Below are positions 10,587 through 17,325 of a stretch of DNA of 64,000 nt, in pieces. Under the pieces are notes generated by a model. That model was not told where the DNA came from and did no database searches. It saw only the letters and a program-made list of their open reading frames with translations. Each line of letters opens with the position of its first letter. The stretch's first letter is position 1. Origin of the DNA: a virus; IMG/VR virus record IMGVR_UViG_3300042937_000216, positions 32,001-96,000 of that record. One strand, 5' to 3'. Position numbers and translations under genes: made by a program.

Positions 10587-11711
10587 ATGAAAATATTTGA
10601 AGTTACTGAAAAAGTTACCAGTTCTGAACGAGTTAGATATAACAGCGAAATAGCTATGCTACTAGCATTCACTGGTGGTGAATTAAAATCATTTAATCCA
10701 GCTGCTCCGGAAGAATCAATTCCGGCTGTATCTTTAGCTAACCCTCAAGAAGTATATGAAGGAATTAAACGTTTTTTAGCCCCTAACTTCGATCCTGTTT
10801 TATTTGAAAAATGGTATGCTAGAACTTTAAACTATATTCCAAAAATTCAAAATAAAATGGACGTCACTCCTAACCAATATACTTGGGCAGCTGGACAGAA
10901 TAAAGCAGATGATGCAGCCGATATAGGATTTGTGGGCACATTAGAAGCTGGAGTTAGCGTTAAAGATGTGGGCGGTATTACGTTATCAAATCTGACTCCG
11001 GACGCAGTTGGTCTTGGTGGTGGCGGTGATGTTATTGCTAAACATGCCGCTCCTGAATTTGCACATTTAAAAACAGTTGTATTCACAGAAGTAATGAAAT
11101 TAGCCTTAGCATCACCTGACAAATTGTTATCTTGGCACACTAAACACCAAAAATATTACATTACATATAGTACTGAAAAGAAAAAGTTTATTGTTGTTGG
11201 AAAAGGCGGCGGCGAGTCTGTGCAAACCGTTGAATTAACTCAACAAGAAATATTAAGTCAGGTGGCAACTAACAAAGATTGGCAACGTCCGTTTGGTGAT
11301 TGGGCTGTGGCCAATTGGAAAAACCCAGTTCTTCAAGCCGCTGCTCAACCATTGATTAACAAAGTCGCTGGCGATTTTGAAAAGATTATCGAAACAACCT
11401 TACAGGATAACGCTAAATTAGCAAATTTATTGCGCTTTGCGGCCAAACCGTACTTCTATGCTACTACAAAAAACTTATTCTATGTACCAACACTAGCAAC
11501 AGTCAATGAGTTAAAAGTTAAAAATGTGTATTTCGCCAGACCAAACGGTTGGACATTAAAATTCTTAGCAGACATTGGCCGAGAAGATAGCGAACAGAGC
11601 GCACGTGTTGAAATTCATATCAGATATGCCAATGGTATGTTTGCTTGTAATCCTACCGTGCGTGTACAAAGTCTTAAACTTCCACAGTTTATCAGCTGGG
11701 AACTCTTGTAA
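10587..11711 (+). CDS. Hypothetical protein, possible PD-(D/E)xK nuclease
   Basis: ADI...GVSVK arrangement; ATAAATA late-type motif at 10573. Confidence 0.45.
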   Translation: MKIFEVTEKVTSSERVRYNSEIAMLLAFTGGELKSFNPAAPEESIPAVSLANPQEVYEGIKRFLAPNFDPVLFEKWYARTLNYIPKIQNKMDVTPNQYTWAAGQNKADDAADIGFVGTLEAGVSVKDVGGITLSNLTPDAVGLGGGGDVIAKHAAPEFAHLKTVVFTEVMKLALASPDKLLSWHTKHQKYYITYSTEKKKFIVVGKGGGESVQTVELTQQEILSQVATNKDWQRPFGDWAVANWKNPVLQAAAQPLINKVAGDFEKIIETTLQDNAKLANLLRFAAKPYFYATTKNLFYVPTLATVNELKVKNVYFARPNGWTLKFLADIGREDSEQSARVEIHIRYANGMFACNPTVRVQSLKLPQFISWELL

Positions 11712-11739
11712 TTTAATTCAATTGACTGTATAATACAGT

Positions 11740-12681
11740 ATGACTCTCAAACCTGTAAACGCACATCTTGACAGTGTTACCATCGGTGATGTTGAACTTC
11801 ACAAACTAATCACGACAGCAGAACTAGATAAAGATCTAAAGAATCTAGACAAGTTTGATGCTGAGTCTAACGCCAACAACTTTGCTGGCAATCCTTTCTT
11901 ATATCATTTTCAGTTTAAGAACTTATTAAACTGCCGTAGAAAAGATGGCAAGACCATATATGATATTTGGAACGATAAACCAGAGTGGGATAAGTTAATA
12001 GACAGCACACGTAAACGTAACCGAGGCGGGCGCACTGCCGCTGGCAATGTGTTTGAATGTTTCCGTATTAACCTAGGTAGTATTGTGATGTTCAAAGCAA
12101 CTACTGCCAAGTATCTTTATAAGAAGTACAATGCTACTAGTGTCTTAGATCCAACAGCAGGATGGGGCGGAAGACTATTAGGTGCTTGGAGTTTAGGCAT
12201 AGACTATACAGGCATTGACACTAACGTGGAAATGAAACCTGCGTATGAGAATATGATCACATTCTTAGATGAGTATACAGGATTTAAGAATAAGAATTTC
12301 AAAGTTGAACGTAACGGACAGCGCCAAATGATATGGGATAGCTGTTTAGCAGTAGACTTTAGTAAGTTGGACTACGACTTTGTATTGACTAGTCCGCCAT
12401 ACGTTAATTTAGAACTGTATGAACACATGACTCCTTGGGAAAAGGATGAAGACTTTTATACTAACTTCTTTATTCCCTTGTGGGCAAAATGTTGTAAGCA
12501 TATTAAACAGGGCGGCAACGTTGCGTTTAACATTAGTCCTAAGATGTATGAAGATGCGCTCAAGCATGGACTAACACCTTGTGATGAGGAAGAAGACCTA
12601 CTACAACAAATGGGTCAGAAGAAAGAGCTGTTGACCACAGGCAAAAAGAAACACGATAAGATTTATATTTGGCATTGTTAA
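11740..12681 (+). CDS. DNA amino-methyltransferase (N4-C/N6-A type)
   Basis: VLDPTAGWGG (motif I) and FVLTSPPY (motif IV). Confidence 0.8.
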   Translation: MTLKPVNAHLDSVTIGDVELHKLITTAELDKDLKNLDKFDAESNANNFAGNPFLYHFQFKNLLNCRRKDGKTIYDIWNDKPEWDKLIDSTRKRNRGGRTAAGNVFECFRINLGSIVMFKATTAKYLYKKYNATSVLDPTAGWGGRLLGAWSLGIDYTGIDTNVEMKPAYENMITFLDEYTGFKNKNFKVERNGQRQMIWDSCLAVDFSKLDYDFVLTSPPYVNLELYEHMTPWEKDEDFYTNFFIPLWAKCCKHIKQGGNVAFNISPKMYEDALKHGLTPCDEEEDLLQQMGQKKELLTTGKKKHDKIYIWHC

Positions 12682-12689
12682 AATAATAG

Positions 12690-12718
12690 TTGACAATGAC
12701 ACAAAAAGGCCATATAAT
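12690..12718 (+). promoter_or_regulatory. sigma70 promoter P1 of tRNA region
   Basis: TTGACA-17-TATAAT perfect consensus. Confidence 0.85.
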
Positions 12719-12761
12719 ATACATATATTTTAAGTAAGACATAAATAAATTAACAAACAGG

Positions 12762-12790
12762 TTGACAGGCTAATAAATAGACTGTATAAT
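12762..12790 (+). promoter_or_regulatory. sigma70 promoter P2 of tRNA region (ATAAATA in spacer)
   Basis: TTGACA-17-TATAAT perfect consensus. Confidence 0.85.
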
Positions 12791-12833
12791 AGTTTTTATA
12801 GTAAGAAATTAATTAAAGGAATGCGAAAGCAAA

Positions 12834-12965
12834 ATGTTTAACCAGCTACATCAATTTAAAATATCGAAACAAGTGTGCGCACTTGCCACGATGTCTTATT
12901 GGTCAGCGATTGAGACATTAGGCAATGATCGCACACCGAATAGTATCTATGGGGATCTTAGTTAG
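12834..12965 (+). CDS. Putative attenuator leader peptide, 43 aa (MFNQLHQFKISKQVCALATMSYWSAIETLGNDRTPNSIYGDLS)
   Basis: Between P2 and a terminator; AAGGA upstream with a TGC-GAAA-GCA hairpin in the spacer; contains all 20 amino acids. Confidence 0.65.
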   Translation: MFNQLHQFKISKQVCALATMSYWSAIETLGNDRTPNSIYGDLS

Positions 12966-12999
12966 AGTTTATATATAATATAAATGAATTTTAATTAAG

Positions 13000-13035
13000 A
13001 ACCCTAAGATCGAAAGACTTAGGGTTTTTTGTTTT
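13000..13035 (+). terminator. Intrinsic terminator / attenuator preceding tRNA array
   Basis: AACCCTAAG-ATCGAAAGA-CTTAGGGTT followed by TTTTGTTTT. Confidence 0.85.
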
Positions 13036-13036
13036 A

Positions 13037-13241
13037 TGTGTCTCGGAAACGAGGTCCAGGCAAGGCACATTAAAGATAGTATGTTAAACGGGCGGACAAG
13101 TGGATGGCATGTTCTTATGTGAACAGAAAATACTTGTTATAATAAAGTACATTAATTGGCAACTAGGTCCCACGCAATGTGGATTATGTCAGAGGCGAGT
13201 AATTAGTGTGCTTTATTATACGCATTCATATGAGTGCGTTA
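13037..13241 (+). ncRNA. Candidate structured RNA(s)
   Basis: CTCG-GAAA-CGAG hairpin; ~19-bp stem 13139-13157/13201-13219 with G-U pairs; hairpin 13220-13239. Confidence 0.45.
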
Positions 13242-13246
13242 ACAGT

Positions 13247-13329
13247 TTGTAGATAGTCCTGTTGGGCCAGGAGCCTAGCCATGCTAGGTCAAGATCGCAA
13301 CTTGTTGGGTTCGATTCCCAGTCTACAAT
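13247..13329 (+). ncRNA. Atypical tRNA-like RNA (long variable arm, abnormal anticodon loop, no CCA)
   Basis: TTGTAGA/TCTACAA acceptor, TCCTG/CAGGA D arm, CCTAGC-CAT-GCTAGG arm, CAAG/CTTG variable arm, TGGG-TTCGATT-CCCA T arm. Confidence 0.6.
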
Positions 13330-13383
13330 TTAACACGGCTCCTATCTATTGCCTACAGGGATAGCTTAGGAGTTATTTTATAA

Positions 13384-13462
13384 CTCAGTGTCGTATAGCC
13401 AGGCCTATTATGCGTGCTTTGGGAGCATGAGATCGTTGGTTCGAATCCAACCACTGAGACCA
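13384..13462 (+). tRNA. tRNA-Pro(TGG)
   Basis: Cloverleaf, loop TT-TGG-GA, CCA end. Confidence 0.9.
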
Positions 13463-13469
13463 AGTTTAT

Positions 13470-13554
13470 GGAGGTGTAGGAAAATTGGTAACCCCAGCGG
13501 ACTGTAAATCCGCCGCCCCTGGCATTGTTGGTTCAAGTCCAACCGCCTCCACCA
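13470..13554 (+). tRNA. tRNA-Tyr(GTA)
   Basis: Cloverleaf with variable arm, CT-GTA-AA, CCA. Confidence 0.92.
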
Positions 13555-13560
13555 TATAAC

Positions 13561-13636
13561 GGAATGATAGCTCAATTGGTAGAGCAAGATGCTTTTAACG
13601 TCGAGGTTTAGGGTTCAAGTCCCTATCGTTCCACCA
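13561..13636 (+). tRNA. tRNA-Lys(TTT)
   Basis: Cloverleaf, CT-TTT-AA, CCA. Confidence 0.9.
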
Positions 13637-13641
13637 GTAAT

Positions 13642-13719
13642 GGTCTGTTAGAATAGTTGGCCTACTTCGCCTGCCTGTCACGTAGGAGATCACGGGTTCG
13701 AATCCCGTACAGACCGCCA
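13642..13719 (+). tRNA. tRNA-Asp(GTC)
   Basis: Cloverleaf, CT-GTC-AC, GCCA. Confidence 0.9.
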
Positions 13720-13727
13720 AAAAGATG

Positions 13728-13756
13728 TTGACAACTAACAATATAGAATATATAAT
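13728..13756 (+). promoter_or_regulatory. Internal sigma70 promoter in tRNA array
   Basis: TTGACA-17-TATAAT. Confidence 0.8.
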
Positions 13757-13771
13757 AGTTGTATAGTTAAT

Positions 13772-13846
13772 AGCGGGGTGGGGAAGTGGCAACCCGTCGG
13801 GCTCATAACCCGAAGATCGGCAGTTCGAATCTGTCCTCCGCAACCA
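13772..13846 (+). tRNA. Initiator tRNA-fMet(CAT)
   Basis: CAT anticodon, three G-C pairs at base of anticodon stem, 1:72 mismatch. Confidence 0.9.
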
Positions 13847-13851
13847 GTAAT

Positions 13852-13927
13852 GCCGGATTAGCTCAGTTGGTAGAGCAGCGCACTTGTAATGCGAAGGTCG
13901 TCAGTTCGATTCCGACATCCGGCACCA
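13852..13927 (+). tRNA. tRNA-Thr(TGT)
   Basis: Cloverleaf, CT-TGT-AA, CCA. Confidence 0.92.
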
Positions 13928-13933
13928 GTTTAG

Positions 13934-14009
13934 GCTCCCATCGTCTAGAGGCCTAGGACACCCGCCTTTCACGCAGGTAACACGAGTTCGAATCTCGTTG
14001 GGAGTACCA
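13934..14009 (+). tRNA. tRNA-Glu(TTC)
   Basis: Cloverleaf, CT-TTC-AC, CCA. Confidence 0.9.
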
Positions 14010-14014
14010 AACAT

Positions 14015-14099
14015 GCCTCTGTGGTGGAATTGGTATACACGCTGGTCTTAGAAGCCAGTGCCGAAAGGCTTGAGAGTTCGAGTCTCTCCGGGGGCACCA
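14015..14099 (+). tRNA. tRNA-Leu(TAG)
   Basis: Cloverleaf with variable arm, CT-TAG-AA, CCA. Confidence 0.92.
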
Positions 14100-14102
14100 A
14101 AT

Positions 14103-14176
14103 GCGGGATTAGTATAATGGTATTATGACAGCCTTCCAAGCTGATGACGAGGGTTCGATTCCCTTATCCCGCTCCA
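14103..14176 (+). tRNA. tRNA-Gly(TCC)
   Basis: Cloverleaf, CT-TCC-AA, TCCA. Confidence 0.92.
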
Positions 14177-14179
14177 AAC

Positions 14180-14387
14180 ACTAGCTTTACACTTTGCGCT
14201 TTATCGAAAGTGGGTTATTGCCAATACCATAACGGCAGGGTACACACGATGGTCTAGACCATACCACAAGTCCCATTGCCGGGAGCCTTGAAAGTATCGT
14301 GGGTGTTTTACTGTTTTTAACCACAAAGCAAACAGGCGGACAGGGTAACTACTCAATCTAGGGCCAGGTGGTGCTGGTAGCTAGTCC
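14180..14387 (+). ncRNA. Candidate ~205-nt structured RNA between tRNA-Gly and tRNA-Ala
   Basis: ACTAGCT(14180-86)/AGCTAGT(14379-85) closing stem with several internal hairpins; no ORF of 60 aa or more. Confidence 0.45.
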
Positions 14388-14393
14388 TTACAC

Positions 14394-14469
14394 GGGGGTG
14401 TAGCTCAGTTGGGAGAGCGCATGCTTTGCAAGCATGATGTCGCAAGTTCGATCCTTGTCACCTCCACCA
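14394..14469 (+). tRNA. tRNA-Ala(TGC)
   Basis: Cloverleaf, G3-U70, TT-TGC-AA, CCA. Confidence 0.93.
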
Positions 14470-14476
14470 TACAATA

Positions 14477-14551
14477 GGACGGTTAGCTCAGCGGTAGAGC
14501 AGGGCCCTTACAAGGCCAAGGTCAAAAGTTCAATCCTTTTACTGTCCACCA
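14477..14551 (+). tRNA. tRNA-Val(TAC)
   Basis: Cloverleaf, CT-TAC-AA, CCA. Confidence 0.9.
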
Positions 14552-14558
14552 AGTTTAT

Positions 14559-14633
14559 TCCGAAGTAGCGTAGCGGTAGCGCAGAAGACTGTTAATCTTT
14601 TGGTCGGTGGTTCGATCCCACCCTTCGGAGCCA
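14559..14633 (+). tRNA. tRNA-Asn(GTT)
   Basis: Cloverleaf, CT-GTT-AA, GCCA. Confidence 0.92.
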
Positions 14634-14641
14634 TTTTAAAT

Positions 14642-14716
14642 AGTCTGTTAGCTCAGCGGTAGAGCAGGGTGTTGATAACGCCAAGGTCAGTGGTTCAATC
14701 CCACTACGGACTACCA
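14642..14716 (+). tRNA. tRNA-Ile(GAT)
   Basis: Cloverleaf, TT-GAT-AA, CCA. Confidence 0.9.
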
Positions 14717-14750
14717 ATTAAGTTGTTCTTTTCAATCAAAGGTGAATACT

Positions 14751-15221
14751 ATGAAAAAACTAGACATAAACCAAGTGCGTGACTTTATTCAAGCACAAAG
14801 TCTAGAAACCAAAGTCTACATTGGTGGTGACAGTCGACGTTTCCGTAAGAACGGACAATGGCATGCTGAATATACCTTGGCTATTGTAGTACACATTGAT
14901 GGGAAACATGGCTGTAAGATCTTTGGTGAAAGTAGTACTGAAGTGGACTACGATCAAAAACGTAGTCGCCCAAGTATGCGCCTAATGAACGAAGTCTACA
15001 AAATTAGTGAACTGTACTTAAAGCTACACGAAGTATTAGAAGACCGTGAAGTTGCTGTACATTTGGACATTAACCCAAACGAACTACATGGCTCAAGCTG
15101 TGTAGTACAACAGGCTATTGGTTATATCCGCGGAACATGTAACGTTATTCCAATGGTTAAACCAAACGCCTGGGCAGCTAGTTATGCGGCTGATCGTTTA
15201 AAAGAAATTATAGCAGCATAA
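14751..15221 (+). CDS. RNase H-like YkuK (DUF458) family protein
   Basis: YIGGDS, RLMNEV, VHLDIN, KPNAWAASYAAD motifs. Confidence 0.75.
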   Translation: MKKLDINQVRDFIQAQSLETKVYIGGDSRRFRKNGQWHAEYTLAIVVHIDGKHGCKIFGESSTEVDYDQKRSRPSMRLMNEVYKISELYLKLHEVLEDREVAVHLDINPNELHGSSCVVQQAIGYIRGTCNVIPMVKPNAWAASYAADRLKEIIAA

Positions 15222-15228
15222 GTTTAAT

Positions 15229-15303
15229 TGGGGTATGGTGTAATTGGCAACACAACACACTTTGACTGTGTCGTTTCAAGTTCGAGTCTTGATACCCCTG
15301 CCA
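15229..15303 (+). tRNA. tRNA-Gln(TTG)
   Basis: Cloverleaf, CT-TTG-AC, GCCA. Confidence 0.9.
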
Positions 15304-15305
15304 GT

Positions 15306-15440
15306 TTTGTTAGTGTGTGTACAGTAACCGTTATGTGACTATAGATTATACTTAATCCTTCTATAGTGTACCCGATGTCTGTAGCAACATATCTTAGGAT
15401 ATGTCTGTTGGTGAATTAAGTGTAGTCAACGACTAACAAA
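15306..15440 (+). ncRNA. Candidate pseudoknotted RNA
   Basis: TTTGTTAGT/ACTAACAAA closing stem; hairpin 15338-15367 whose loop region is complementary to 15415-15427. Confidence 0.45.
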
Positions 15441-15556
15441 TTTAAACAGTATCGGCCACGCCTCTTAACAATGCGCAACATGGTAAGCTGGATTTACAGC
15501 TAAAACTTGAGGACGCTCAAGGCTTCGGTCTTCCGGTGGGATAACCACCAATCTAT

Positions 15557-15632
15557 TCCGGTGTAGTGTTAACGGCTAGCACGATGGTCTCCAAAACCAC
15601 AAGACGCGGTTCGAATCCGTGCACCGGAGCCA
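15557..15632 (+). tRNA. tRNA-Trp(CCA)
   Basis: Cloverleaf, CT-CCA-AA, GCCA. Confidence 0.9.
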
Positions 15633-15707
15633 AACATAATTTGTACAGTATAATGTACAAAATACCCCAAAATTGTACAGGATACTGTACACTTTAATAT
15701 ATAAAAT

Positions 15708-15784
15708 GCAACGGTACCAGAGTGGCCTAATGGCAAGGACTGCAAATCCTTTGTACGTCGGTTCAAATCCGACCCGTTGCTCCA
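15708..15784 (+). tRNA. tRNA-Cys(GCA)
   Basis: Cloverleaf, CT-GCA-AA, TCCA. Confidence 0.92.
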
Positions 15785-15789
15785 ATTAT

Positions 15790-15866
15790 AGAGATGTAGC
15801 ATAGTGGCCTAATGCACTTGCTTCATACGCAAGCTACCGTAGGTTCAAATCCTACCATCTCTACCA
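15790..15866 (+). tRNA. Elongator tRNA-Met(CAT)
   Basis: Cloverleaf, TT-CAT-AC, paired 1:72, CCA. Confidence 0.8.
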
Positions 15867-15867
15867 C

Positions 15868-15946
15868 GCCCCCATAGCTCAGTCTGGACTAGAGCATAAC
15901 GCTACGAACGTTAGTGTCGGAGGTTCGAATCCTTCTGGGGGCTCCA
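15868..15946 (+). tRNA. tRNA-Arg(ACG)
   Basis: Cloverleaf, CT-ACG-AA, CCA. Confidence 0.9.
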
Positions 15947-15955
15947 AATAAAATG

Positions 15956-16019
15956 TTACTGAGCAGTAATATTTGCCGTCAAACCCGGCTAAATCAGTTC
16001 AAATATTACTGAGCAGTAA
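15956..16019. repeat. Two identical palindromes TTACTG-AG-CAGTAA exactly 50 bp apart
   Basis: 15956-15969 and 16006-16019. Confidence 0.8.
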
Positions 16020-16028
16020 GATTAAAAT

Positions 16029-16103
16029 GCGGATATAGCGTAGCAGGAAACGCACGTGCTTGCCAAGCATGAGTCACGAGTTCGAATCTCGTTATCCGCT
16101 CCA
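16029..16103 (+). tRNA. tRNA-Gly(GCC)
   Basis: Cloverleaf, TT-GCC-AA, TCCA. Confidence 0.9.
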
Positions 16104-16105
16104 AT

Positions 16106-16180
16106 GGTGTCTATAGTGTAGCGGCAACACTAAGGATTGTGATTCCTTCATCACGGGTTCGAACCCCGTTAGACACCCCA
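16106..16180 (+). tRNA. tRNA-His(GTG)
   Basis: Encoded G-1:C73, TT-GTG-AT, CCA. Confidence 0.92.
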
Positions 16181-16181
16181 C

Positions 16182-16210
16182 TTGACAAGTCAACCAAATG
16201 ACTGTATAAT
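16182..16210 (+). promoter_or_regulatory. sigma70 promoter (leaderless geometry)
   Basis: TTGACA-17-TATAAT, ATG 6 nt downstream. Confidence 0.8.
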
Positions 16211-16216
16211 ACGCTT

Positions 16217-16459
16217 ATGAATGATGAAGAACAATTAGCATGGGACATATTAAGCACGCCAAATAATGCGGACTTTAAGAATTATCGCAGACAGCATCGT
16301 ATGACATGGTTAACCAAAGACCGTAAGATATTGTTGATCAGAGACATGGAAACAGCACACATCATAAGTTGCGTTAATATGTTAGAAGCATTGGGGCAAG
16401 AAGAAACCTTGGCCTATAATGGCCTAATAGATGAACTAAGAAAGCGAGGACAAGAATAA
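16217..16459 (+). CDS. Hypothetical protein
   Basis: 80 aa, W.T.D....LI.DMET.HI motif common in small phage proteins. Confidence 0.65.
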   Translation: MNDEEQLAWDILSTPNNADFKNYRRQHRMTWLTKDRKILLIRDMETAHIISCVNMLEALGQEETLAYNGLIDELRKRGQE

Positions 16460-16842
16460 TGGACTTTACCATTGACTCAGAGTACTTAACAGATGTAACA
16501 ATTCGCAAAGAATGGAACACTTATACACAGAATGGTCGCGTACCAACTAATGAAGAACTTATTTTAATTATTCAAGGTAAAGGTGTGTGTTCAACTACAC
16601 ACTCAGAAGACCATCCGGAGTTTGCTAAGTTGCGTGAGCAGTTAGGCGAGTTGGGTTATATTGAGATTCAACGCAGTTGGTGGAATGGAGATAGAGTTCT
16701 AAAGCCGTTCAAACTTAACGGCAGAAAGTTCAAAGAGGGTGATCAGTTTAGTTGTGGTAGTGCAATGGGTAATCATCTTATTGTACGTGCCAAACACCCG
16801 GAATATTATAAGGATGAATACGATGATGAAACCATGGATTGA
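16459..16842 (+). CDS. Hypothetical protein
   Basis: 127 aa, GAGGA RBS, TAATG coupling. Confidence 0.65.
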   Translation: MDFTIDSEYLTDVTIRKEWNTYTQNGRVPTNEELILIIQGKGVCSTTHSEDHPEFAKLREQLGELGYIEIQRSWWNGDRVLKPFKLNGRKFKEGDQFSCGSAMGNHLIVRAKHPEYYKDEYDDETMD

Positions 16843-17242
16843 AAATATTAGTCTTGATGATGTGCGTAAAGGATATCACTACGACCCAGGTTTCAACAGT
16901 ATGCTAATACAGATTGTAGATCCTGGTACAGAATTCCCAACACCTAAGTATGACTTCCACACTGTACGCCAGTTCTACTTCTTAGATGTAGAAGAAAGCG
17001 ATAGCGAAAAGTTTTACTATGCGGCAGCCATTACCAATGAAGATGCTAAAGGTATTGCTAACGCATTAAAAGAAGCATGGGAACAGAGTATGAACGTAGT
17101 GGTACACTGCCACATGGGTGTAGCACGTAGTGGAGCAGTAGCAGAAGTAGGACAAATGATTGGGTTTAGAGATACAGAGAAATTCCGTGTTCCAAACCTA
17201 ATGGTCAAACACAAGCTAATGCACTATTTAGATTTAGTTTAG
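16823..17242 (+). CDS. Cys-based (PTP/dual-specificity) phosphatase
   Basis: VHCHMGVARS = HCxxGxxRS active-site loop. Confidence 0.8.
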   Translation: MMKPWIENISLDDVRKGYHYDPGFNSMLIQIVDPGTEFPTPKYDFHTVRQFYFLDVEESDSEKFYYAAAITNEDAKGIANALKEAWEQSMNVVVHCHMGVARSGAVAEVGQMIGFRDTEKFRVPNLMVKHKLMHYLDLV

Positions 17243-17245
17243 AAT

Positions 17246-17321
17246 GCCACCTTAGCTCATCTGGTAGAGCACATGTTTGAAGCACATGGTGTGCCTGGTT
17301 CAAGTCCAGGAGGTGGCACCA
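17246..17321 (+). tRNA. tRNA-Phe(GAA)
   Basis: Cloverleaf, TT-GAA-GC, CCA. Confidence 0.9.
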
Positions 17322-17325
17322 AGTT

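Noticed and set aside
12821-12841. Mini-ORF MRKQNV as the leader peptide
   Set aside because: The ATG abuts the SD with no spacing; the ATG at 12834 gives the ORF that overlaps the antiterminator
14335-14387. SAH or other known riboswitch (GGGCCAGG resemblance)
   Set aside because: The GAGGAGCGCUGC core is missing and the element precedes a tRNA, not ahcY
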